This document shows, one piece after another, positions 26,221 through 36,830 of a stretch of 64,000 nucleotides of DNA. Origin of the DNA: Lytechinus pictus (Eukaryota); assembly GCF_037042905.1 (NCBI RefSeq), contig NC_087252.1:27530001-27594000 (forward strand). The letters are read 5' to 3'. The notes beneath the pieces were generated by a model. That model searched no databases, was not told the DNA's origin, and saw only the letters and a program-made list of their open reading frames with translations. Every line of letters starts with the position of its first letter. The stretch's first letter is position 1. Position numbers and translations under genes: made by a program.

Positions 26221-26666
26221 TACTGCTTGAGTTTGCTTCCGATTAATTTGCTGTATATAGTCTATCAATAATGTTTGGTCTCATCAAATTATCAGTACAA
26301 GCAGGGACGAGCTCACGTCCCTGGTACAAGCTAGGAAGTTTAAGCGGGTGTAGATATACATGGTTGGCAACCATTAGCGGTGCTTCGGCTTCGGGACTAA
26401 ATGTCATTTAAGAATTTATAGGCTTATGTAAATTTTCCCCTAATATGGGGACGTCCCCACTCTGCAAGTTGGGCTTACAAAAAAGTCATGACTTAATATC
26501 ATCTGGACGTTGGAGTGATGGTCAACAAGTTTTTCTGTTGATGGACCCGTTTATGCAACTAAATTTTAGATACGGTCTGTCAATTGCCATGATGTTGAGT
26601 CTCATGAAATATTATGGAAATCGATTAATCTCTGACTGACGAATGGGCATGGTCTGGCTCTGCGTC

Positions 26667-26831
26667 TAGTCTGCTTTGCAAACCCTTCACTCGAGTTAAG
26701 GGTCTGAATTGCAGCCTACTCATGCCTTGTGTACTGAGGGCCTTGAAACAGCAAGTTTTGTATGTGCTAGTCTTTGCGTGGAGACACACTTGTTGATCAA
26801 AGTTTCAATCAGGGTCTGTGCCTGCAGACTA
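26667..26831 (+). mobile_element. AcademH-like MITE
   Basis: tagtctgc...gcagacta; high similarity to the 34473 and 61757 copies; TSD degenerate. Confidence 0.75.
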
Positions 26832-27396
26832 CCCTCGGCCTGACATTGAGATGGCATTTTGTGATTTCGCGGAAACCCACTCTCAATAGATAATGTCAGG
26901 GATTAGCACAGATACCTGGCAATCAGAAGGTTTCTTCTATTAGATGGGTGGGGGTTGGAGAGGGGCCGTAATGCTGGCTTCACGTAAGGAGGAACAAAAA
27001 TTACCTGCATACATCAGGCAGGCCTGCAAAATATATATTTTTTTTTGTTGGGGGGGGGGGGGGGGAGTCCACGAGGCCGACTGTTGCTGAAAGTTTGTTG
27101 TTGACGTACTGTGTATGGCAGGAATAGGATTTTTGAATTGAAAATAGGATATTTTCAGAGAAAATAGTAGGATATTGGTCCAATTAGGTTGGAAACTCTG
27201 GGCATCTCCTTACACATACTTTCCACATTTCTCGATCTTTTCTGGCTCCTCCACCGGGTTTCCGATAATATGAGCCGATGATTGATGTAATCATCGATAA
27301 GCGATCTTTGGAAATTATGCACCTGCACGGGAAATCCCCTTTCATCTTCTTCTGAATGTTTCATGGCATCGGAACTTATGGGACCTCTCCAGGTAG

Positions 27397-27523
27397 GTAC
27401 CCCTTACACAAAGCCTTGCGATGAATAGCAAATATGAAAGAACACTTCTGATTGGTTATGCGCGTGCAACAAAGATCTTGACTGGTCGGTTGATTGATCG
27501 CTAATCTTTGTGTTACCGGTCCC
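27397..27523. mobile_element. Harbinger-like MITE, internally deleted
   Basis: acacaaag...ctttgtgttaccggtccc|cag; related to 61955-62109. Confidence 0.55.
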
Positions 27524-27654
27524 CAGGTACCTTCATTCACTTCGTTCCAAACTCGGTCCATCACCAGGGAGCTGGTTTAAAGAGCTTTGAGGCAAAATTA
27601 ATGATAATGTGTTAAATAAGCGGAAGGCTTAATGAGACCAGACGTCAGAGAAAG

Positions 27655-27910
27655 GTAAATGGCCAATTCGTCGATTGTTAACCCGTCCACCCATCCCATG
27701 GTCTATACCTTCATTTAGTCTACATAATGCCATTCCGTCTAACAACATTTCGTCTAACAACCATTTGATCCAGTAACCATTCGGTCCAACAATGATCACT
27801 TCGTCTCTTAACCATTTAATCTAATCCACACTTTCTTTTCATTCATTTCGCCCAATTAACACTTAATCCAATTAGATCAAATTACTGGTGAGTGGGCGAA
27901 TGGCAGTTCT
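27655..27910 (-). mobile_element. Foldback-type MITE built of ~15-bp catttcgtctaa subrepeats
   Basis: Inverted homolog of 31355-31640. Confidence 0.6.
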
Positions 27911-28344
27911 GATAGGCAAAAAGAAAAAATCGTGATAGATTACCCCCCATTCAAGAAAAACAACAACAGATAAACAAACAAAAATAAAAACAGAACCGGT
28001 AATCGAAACTTCATGTTTCTAAACCTTCCTCATTAGCACTGCGCCCTCTACCATTGGGTTTCTCATCTTTGTGTCTCTCCAAGTCTCCATACAACTCAAG
28101 GTTTTCTGCCTCACTCCTGTTTAATTAACTCTATAAATTATTATTTGTCCTGAATAAATTTGCCTCTAATTTCATGTGATGTTGCTGTGTGACTTGATGT
28201 CAGCGCGTGCGACATTTTGATATTAAATACTTCTTAGGATCTAATTTCCTTTTCCTTTTTTTTTAGGCGAGCTGCTGGAATGTACAAAGATGGCACGGCG
28301 CCATAGACTGCTAGGTTCATTCTCAGACCCCATTTTAGTTGATT

Positions 28345-28475
28345 GCCATCACCGTCACCCTCCCTCATCATTATCGTTAAATCAACACCATTATCATTGT
28401 CATCGACTCATCGTCATTCATCAGCATTATCACAATCGTCATTGTAATCATTATGACGATGAATTAATGATGTTT
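28345..28475. repeat. Degenerate (CAT)n microsatellite
   Basis: Direct reading; gives the His-rich part of ORF 28290-28487. Confidence 0.7.
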
Positions 28476-28708
28476 AAATTTATGTGAAGTATAAAGGAAG
28501 ATATTCAAAAGTCTTGGGTCTAATATGGATTGCAACCCCCACAGGGTCACATAATAATGAATAAAGGAAAAAAGACCCGAAAATTTATGTATCATATTGT
28601 ATTAATCCACAATAATGTTTTATCATTGTCCTTTCAATTGAATGATTGGTATTTTGATATACCTAAACATCACAATTGATTGTTTATTTGATGGCCCTCC
28701 CTTTTTAA

Positions 28709-29104
28709 AGCTAAATGAAAGTAGTTGCAGTAAAACACTAATTTCGTGAGAAAGTCTGTAAAACCAAGGTTAATTATGACTATAATTATCGTGGATCTAG
28801 ATCTGGTACAGTTACATAAACTGAACTTTGTGAAATCATAAAATCTAAGCCGAAATACGATCACACTGAAGATCGCCAACACAGATAGGCACACATGGGA
28901 CAGTGTATTATTATTGCTGGAATAAAGACCCGACGGAAGTGACCGAATCCGCGCTTATTTTGCTTATTTCTCAGCAATTACACAATTTTTTCCAGAATCC
29001 TTTGGCACATATTTTTTATTCATACAAACAGACGCTTGGGTGGTCATTATATTAGATTCTGTAAAAAGTCATTTTGAGATCGTTACCAGAACTGGAATTT
29101 ACCT
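28709..29104 (-). mobile_element. Kolobok-like MITE (family B), complete
   Basis: TTAA TSD at 28705-28708 and 29105-29108; inverted homolog of 15684-16077. Confidence 0.85.
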
Positions 29105-29538
29105 TTAAAGAGAGGGAGAGAGAGGGGGGGGGGGGGGGTATATATCAAAGCATCCACCATGAAGCTAAGCAACTTCAAGTTCGAAATGTTATCATAATGA
29201 GGAGTGGATCGAAGCGAATATAAAAATCAGTTCCCTAGCAACTTGAAACCGAGACTATATAACAAGTCTCGTCGCTCGCCACAACAGGGAAGTATTTACT
29301 CACAACGCCATGAAGATTTCCCGCGAAAACTCGATCATTTCGTCCTATCCGCAGACCGCAGGTTTCCGAGTCACCTCAGACTCAGTCACGTGACTCATTT
29401 GCTAGCTTTCTTGTTAATTAGTTTACCTTCGACCAGACGATGAAATGGCAAAGAACACACAGTCATTTGGAGCAAGTCTAAACTTTATTTATTTATTAAT
29501 TTTTTTTTTTTTTACATTTGTTGTTTATATCGGACCTG

Positions 29539-29637
29539 GGGGCCGTTTCATAAAGCTGTTCGTAAGTTAAGAGCGACTTTAAGAACGACTGGTGAACCTT
29601 TCTTACGCGCTAAACTGTCGCCAATGAATACCATTTA
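29539..29637 (+). mobile_element. Harbinger-like MITE left-end fragment
   Basis: ctg|gggccgtttcataaag terminus resembling other MITEs here; no right end found. Confidence 0.45.
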
Positions 29638-30379
29638 TCTGGTTATTGAATGAGATGATATACATGATTTTGGCGGGAATAGCAGTCGACGCAAAAAGAA
29701 GAAAAGGTATCGTATATCTTTCTGCGATCGGGATTGTTTGGAACCTGTCGCAAATAATAGTGCACTAGGTACTGAATCGGGATTCGGTGTCCACGGGAAA
29801 GGGGGGGGGGGGGATCTAAGGTCCCTTCCCACTTCCCCTTGTGTTCATATTATATTACACCTTGTACCGAAACGAACCCAAAACAATAATAAATTAATAC
29901 CAACTTACCAAGGAGTTACTGAATTAACGGGTGTCCCTTTTAAACTAACATAAAAGAGTGGGGTTTTTTCCTAGGGAGGGGGGGGGGGGGCTTTACCCCC
30001 GTATTTTTTCGCCCTATGTGTGCTCTGCAGTCTGCACCCTTCACGCAATATGGGGCATGGTCGATTGGTCCAAATCAAACTCAAATTGCGATAGATTTTA
30101 AATTCAAATTGATACCAATGACAATTTCAGTTTGAATTGATGAAGACTGGGCCCAGATTGAATCTGCAAAATGGATTGATCACTGAAAAACACTGTTCCT
30201 TATTGACTGTGAAGACGCAACAGAAGCCTTCGTTACACTCCATCAGCTCAAGTGAATTAGGTTAAGTTTGCCGAAGGGGAAGTTTTCGTTGTCCCTTGAT
30301 CCGGGAGTAATTTCCAGGGATCGGAGTTATCCCTCTATCCATCCCCTGCACGCTTCCGATATGAATCCCTTACTCATGG

Positions 30380-30833
30380 CATGGACCTATTACAAACCTT
30401 GTGAACGCTCTACTGGCTGCGTTTAAAACTAAATGAACGTAGTTGCAGTAAAATAATGATTTCGTAAGAAAGTCTGTAAAACCAAGGTAAAGTATTGATA
30501 TATCAGCGTGGATCTAGATCTGGTACAATTACATAAACTAAACTTTGTGAAATCATAATATCTAGCTAAAAAAACGATCACACTGAAGATCGCCAACACA
30601 GATAGGCACACGTGGGACAGTGTATTATTATTGCTGGAATAAAGACCCGACGGAAGTGACCGAATCCGCGCTTATTTTGCTTATTTTTCAGCAATTACAC
30701 AATTTCTTCCAGAATCCTTTGGCACATATTTTTTATTCATACAAACAGACACATCGGTGATCATTATATTAAATTCTGTAAAAAGTCATTTTGAGATCGT
30801 TCCCACAACTGGAATTTTTCTTTTAGGTCCATG
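30380..30833. mobile_element. P-like termini bracketing ~430 bp that includes a Kolobok-like MITE
   Basis: catggacctatta ... taggtccatg with perfect 7-bp TSD ctcatgg. Confidence 0.75.
30427..30821 (-). mobile_element. Kolobok-like MITE (family B)
   Basis: Homologous to 28709-29104; left TTAA present, right one not intact. Confidence 0.85.
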
Positions 30834-30839
30834 CTCATG

Positions 30840-31640
30840 GTAAATAGCCACTTGGGCTACTCCCATTTCGTCTACTCTCCGTCCCGTCTCATCTGAGTTC
30901 GTCTACAATCAGCTCGTCTACTAACCATTTGGTCTAATTTGATTTAGCCGTGGTCATGTCCATGATATGGCTGACGTGTTGAATTACATAAGGTCTAATG
31001 GTACAATGTCTCTACTTGCCAACATCTCGTTGCAACTCAGCAGCAAGATCTGTGTGGTTAAACTGATTCATAAATATTGCTGTATGAATTTTATGCGGAT
31101 CTACACGTATGACTGAATGACGTAGGTTACTATTTTCTTTATTCCACTCAAGTTATACACATTTCGTCTAATATCCACTTGGTCCAACACCACGTAGCCT
31201 TTATTGTTAAATCAACTGTTTATGAACCATATTTTCAGTCGACAAAGTAAACAAAATAAGCAGAAGAAGTGGAAATTAGACTACCCGACCTTTAAGTTTA
31301 GACATTAGTCGAATAATAGACCAAACGGAAATTAAATCAAATTGATATTGATAATATACCAAACTCACCATTTCGTCTAATAACCAGTTGGTCCAATAGC
31401 CATTTAGTCCATATACCATTTGGTCTAATTAGACTAAGTGTCAATTGGGCATAATGAATGAAAATATAAGTAACGAATATTAGACCAACTGGTTATGAGA
31501 CGAAATGGTCATAGACCAACTGGTGATTAGACGAAGTGATGATTGGACCAAATGGTTGTTAGACGAAATGTTGATGGTCGGAATGACATTAGACTAAATG
31601 AAGTTAGACCATGTGGTGAGTGGACGAATTGGCAATTTAT
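30840..31640. mobile_element. Cluster of foldback-type MITE pieces with ~15-bp subrepeats (best preserved 31355-31640)
   Basis: Tandem catttcgtctaa/ttggtccaa units switching to inverted ttagacgaaatg/tagaccaactgg units. Confidence 0.6.
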
Positions 31641-32329
31641 CTTTCTACCCACAGTCAGGTTGCTCTTTACATTTTCAAACTCCATTACAGTCTTGAAGGT
31701 TGTGAGGTGAAAGCGTTCTGAAAACTTGAAAACTTTGGCACTTTTTGAAAGGGGCCAATGGTTGAATATTTATTTCGAAATGATGAAATTTAGAAATAAA
31801 CAATTATTTGAACAATCTTTCAAAATATATAGGACCTACGTGTATACATGGAGATTAATGTAAAAAAATGGAATTAATTGAATTGATCGGGCTCCGAAAT
31901 AAAGGATGCTGAAACCAATGATTCAATGGAATTTTATCAGTCTATATTAGATTTTTGAAATTTTCGTTCACTCTCCATATTTTAACACAGTCAAAATTCT
32001 CAGAGTCAGAAGATGGGATTGTATTGTATCAAACGCGAGATGGCGTAAGTCAGATATGAACACTGCGGACAATTTTGGGGGAAGCTGAGAGCATTCACGT
32101 TGCTTCACATAGTAAACTAACCTTTATTATGCGCTTCGTACGCGTACTTTTTCTTTATTTTGATTCCAGAAATTATTTTGTCGATTTTTCCCCAAGAGTC
32201 TCAACAATTATTGAAATATCCAGAATTCTCTGCTGGTGCTTTCAAGACAGCAAATATATTTTCATACTGTTTTCACATACATGTAGACCAGCACATAGAC
32301 AGCTCTCGGTGTTAACCGTGTGAAATTAT

Positions 32330-34225
32330 TTCCACGTTACAGTGAAAGTGATATCTCCACATAATCCACAGTCTGTCCGCTATGTGAACATTTTGTGAAC
32401 GTACTTTGAACTTTGAAAATATCAGATGAACACACTCAGTCTGAGCACAGTTTGAGCACACCCTAAACACACTCAGGACACACTTTGAACACACTGTGAT
32501 CTCAACTTTGAACCATGGATAGTAGGTCCTTTTGAACACACACTGTGAAATACTCTAGACACACTTTGATGAACACACTTCGAGTTGTGGACACACTTTG
32601 AACAGACCATGAACTCAGTGTGAACACATTTTAACACTTGAAGCACACTGTGAACACACCCTGAACACACACTTTCAGTTGTGGACACACTTTGAACAGA
32701 CCATAAGAACAATGTGAACACATTTGAACAGACTTTAAGCACACTGTGAACACATTGTGGGCGCAATGTAATCCCACCGTGGACATACTGTGAGCACTGT
32801 GTGGCACCGGGGCGTGACACTGTGGACGTTAATCGTGTGAAAATAATTCCAGGCTACAGTTATAGTGGTGTCTCAACATAGTCCACAGTCTGTCCACTAT
32901 GTGAACAGTTTGTGAACAAACTTTGAAAGTACAATATGAACACACTCAGTCTGAGCACAGTTTGAGCACACCCTAAACACACTCAGGACACACTTTGAAC
33001 ACACTGTGATCTCAACTTTGAACCATGGATAGTAGGTCCTTTTGAACACACACTGTGAAATACTCTAGACACACTTTGATGAACACACTTCGAGTTGTGG
33101 ACACACTTTGAACAGACCATGAACTCAGTGTGAACACATTTTAACACTTGAAGCACACTGTGAACACACCCTGAACACACACTTTCAGTTGTGGACACAC
33201 TTTGAACAGACCATAAGAACAATGTGAACACATTTGAACAGACTTTAAGCACACTGTGAACACATTGTGGGCGCAATGTAATCCCACCGTGGACATACTG
33301 TGAGCACTGTGTGGCACCGGGGCGTGACACTGTGGACGTTAATCGTGTGAAAATAATTCCAGGCTACAGTTATAGTGGTGTCTCAACATAGTCCACAGTC
33401 TGTCCACTATGTGAACAGTTTGTGAACAAACTTTGAAAGTACAATATGAACACACTCAGTCTGAGCACACTTAGCACACCCTAAACACACTCTGGACACA
33501 CTTTGAACACACTGTGATCACGATGGATAGTAGGTCCATGTTTGAACATGCACTGTGAAAACACTATTTACACAATTTGAACACACTTCGAGTTGTGGAC
33601 ACACTTTGAACAGACCATCAACACAGTGTAAACACATTTTGAACATACTTTAAGCACACTGTGAACACATTGTGGACACTTATCACACTGTGGACATTCT
33701 GTGAGCTCTGTGTGACACTGTAACCAGCGAAACATTGATTGTGAATACACATCAAGTTGTGAACACACCTTGAACGCACCATGAGCACAATATGAACACA
33801 TTTTGAACACACTTTAAGCACACTGTGAACATACCCTGAACACATTGTAGACATAATGTACTCACACTTAGGACATATTGTGAGCACTGTGTCACACTGT
33901 GGAACTAGCGAAACATTGTGAACGCACTTCAAGTTGTGAACACACCTTGAACACAATATGAACACATTTTGAACACACTTTAAGCACGCTGTGAACACAT
34001 TGTAGACATAATGTAATCACATTGTGGACTAATGTGATCATTGTGTGAAGCTAGCGAAATATTGTGAACACACTTCTCGTGAACACACTTTGAACACACC
34101 ATGAACACAATATGAGCACACTGTGAACACACCCTGAGCACATTGTAGACGTAATAATCACACTCACTGTGGACGTACATGTATACTGTGAGCACTGTGT
34201 GACATTGTGTGATACCTGCGAGGTT
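32330..34225. repeat. Satellite-like tandem array (gaacacactttgaacacactgtg subunits, ~510-bp higher-order unit)
   Basis: Identical ORF translations offset by 510 bp; more diverged units on both sides. Confidence 0.9.
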
Positions 34226-34264
34226 CACCTGTTCTCTCTTATTCTCTATATCAATAATGCCGAC

Positions 34265-34400
34265 TTATCTATCTATATATCCATCTATATCTATCTATCC
34301 ATCCATCCATCTATATCTATCTGTGTATGTGTGCATCTATCTATCTATCTATCTGTCTATCTATCTACCCATCCATCTATATCTATCTATCTATCTAACT
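34265..34400. repeat. (ATCT/ATCC)n microsatellite
   Basis: Direct reading. Confidence 0.9.
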
Positions 34401-34472
34401 TTATCTGTTCTGTACATCTACATGTATACACCTGTCTCTGCATCGCTATCCTTATGCGTCACTGTGCGCAAT

Positions 34473-34629
34473 TAGTCTGCTGTGCAAACCCTTCAATCGA
34501 GTTAAGGGTCTGAATGTGCAGCCTACTCATGCCTTGTGTACTGAAGGCCCTACAGCAAGTTTTGTATATGCTAGTCTTTGCGTGGAGACACACTTGCTGA
34601 CCAAAGTTTCAATCAGGGTCTGTAGACTA
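34473..34629 (+). mobile_element. AcademH-like MITE
   Basis: tagtct..agacta termini; perfect 9-bp TSD gtgcgcaat. Confidence 0.85.
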
Positions 34630-35078
34630 GTGCGCAATATCGAGATGAAGAAGGAGGTAAGCAGAATAAGAAACGTAAACGGGAGTTCATTAGGAAATAC
34701 TGACTGGCCATAGAAAATATTCAGTGACATAAAGAAATGGAATGATTTTGAAGAAGGGCAGAGAACGAACTTCTCTTTTTATGCAAAACGATCGATCGTG
34801 AAAGGGTTCCAGCGCTCACCTAGATTCACGACAAAGGGTATGAAAATATCCCCGGGCTCGAGGTCATGCGATAGCAATGATATCCAGGGAAAAAGAGGGT
34901 AAGGAATATTATACAAGAAGACAAATTCTATTGCATCATAAAGTGGTTTGTCTCCCTTTCAACCCTTGTCTGAAAATGATTTTATTTCACACAGTTTTTC
35001 ACTAGCATGACTAGGACCCTCCTCGATGATATCATTTCGATATAGATCCACAAGATAAAGATTATCTTGTATAATTAA

Positions 35079-35212
35079 ATGTCAAGTCCAACAAAGAACA
35101 CAAAAAAATGATTTGAATAAAAAGAGAAAAATCAGAGATGCATAACACCGAAAATTTCATCGAAATCGGATGTAAAATAAGAGAGTTATGTAAGTGTTAT
35201 GTAAATGAGAGA
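35079..35212 (+). mobile_element. Kolobok-like family A left-end fragment
   Basis: ttaa|atgtcaagtcca; homology to 669-930. Confidence 0.6.
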
Positions 35213-35692
35213 TTTTTGTGCCATGCATTTTGGGAATATAAGCCATAGTGGTTATGGATCACTTTTAATCTTTTAAAATGAATTGTAAATAAAGGCTTCA
35301 ATAAGGGGATAAGTTATTTTATTTTTTATTTCTGGGGCTATTGCTTTTATGTTTTTATGGAAAAGATGCGTCAGGGCAATGGGTGGGACTGGGAGTGTCG
35401 TGGATTGAGAACTAAAGCTCTTGGCAGTTTAGGAAGCGAGCGGATAATCCTCGGATTTTCATATTGTGTCACATGTATGGACTGGTCGAGATGACCCGAA
35501 GCAATGATTTCAATCCATGTTGGGTAAATACAATGTGCACTACTCGAATTTCGCAAAATGCGATCAAAAGTATCAAGTTTGCAATTTTTCACTTCCGCAG
35601 AATTGTGATAATTGTGTCACAGAAAACAAATACAGTGACAAGGAAATCATCATCACCCCCATGACTGTGTTTCCCTTTTATCATATCGCACA

Positions 35693-35940
35693 CACTGTAA
35701 AAACTGTGGTGTTAAAACTGACACCAGTTGGTGTTAATAGTGGACCACACCCTGAGGTGTTAAAATTACACCCCCAGAGATTGAACATACCACCAAAGAG
35801 TGTAAATGTAACAACATGAACAACCAAAGGTGTTGTAATAACACCTACAGGTGTTAATCTAACACTTTCAATTTAACCCATGTGTAAATAACTGGTGTGG
35901 TCCTGTATGTACACCGGTTAACACCACAGTTTTTGCTGTG
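35693..35940 (+). mobile_element. EnSpm/CACTA-like MITE
   Basis: cactgtaaaaactgtggtgttaa ... ttaacaccacagtttttgctgtg; 2-bp TSD ca. Confidence 0.8.
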
Positions 35941-35984
35941 CACCGTTAAAAATAATTCAAACAACGCTGTGAATCGCACAGTAG

Positions 35985-36060
35985 TTGTTTAAACATTTTA
36001 AACAAGTGTTTAAACATTTTAAACAAATGTTTAAACATTTTAAACAAGTGTTTAAAATCT
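35985..36060. repeat. 21-bp minisatellite (gtttaaacattttaaacaagt) x~3.5 inside a CAC-terminus MITE fragment
   Basis: Direct reading; related to 41360-41577. Confidence 0.75.
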
Positions 36061-36689
36061 TGAACAACAAAGTTTAACAAAGTATATTAGTCCATTTGCC
36101 AAATACGTTTGTGCGCTATTTTTCATTTTTTATTTTTTTTTGGTTTTAATATTACTTCATGTGACCCACTTACTATCCGGTAAGAAATTATCTTTGAGCA
36201 TAATCTCAGCGGCAAAATGTTATTTATTTTCTTTTTCTCGAGTTGAATCATTTTAGCAAAATGTTAATTATTATGTAGTAACGCGAAATCTTTCTGAAGT
36301 CGTAAGCCGCTAAAGATCTGTAATTTTTCTCTTAAAAAATATGTCTAAGAATCGTATGCTCGAAACCTATTGAGCTGTTGATTCAATTTCAGTTTCACGC
36401 AAAATATATAGGCCTTGAAGTAATGTCTATATTGATAGGCATAGACACATACTTCCAATTTGCATATATATTCTCTGTCCAATAGCATTGAAGCAACGGG
36501 TATTTTGCACTCCTCCTTTTAAAGAGCAATATATCATAATGCTTGGTCGTGGAAAGTGAGAACAAGTCATAATCAAGGCATCATTGGAATGCTGCTAAAA
36601 GAGCTAAATTGCCCCTTCGAGTACAATTGATATAATGATACTTTATTATTTAATAAACGTGTCACAAAATTATTAAAGTTGGGTTTTTG

Positions 36690-36830
36690 AGCTAAGACTT
36701 CATGATTTTACAAAGATAATTCTACATTAATGCACCAGAGCTGGATGTACTATAATATTTTGACAATTAACCTTGATTTAAAAGACTTTCTCATGAAATA
36801 ATCGTTTGCTACAACTACTAACATAATTGT
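36690..36830 (+). mobile_element. Old Kolobok-like family B fragment
   Basis: caccagagctggat...gacaattaacct...agactttctcatg matches 15980-16070. Confidence 0.5.

Noticed and set aside
32330..34225. CRISPR-like array
   Set aside because: No unique spacers between identical repeats, no cas genes, eukaryotic context
32312..34228. Cys/Val/His-rich minus-strand ORFs resembling zinc-finger or metallothionein proteins
   Set aside because: They are translations of the gaacacactgt satellite, with frequent stops and no consistent domain spacing
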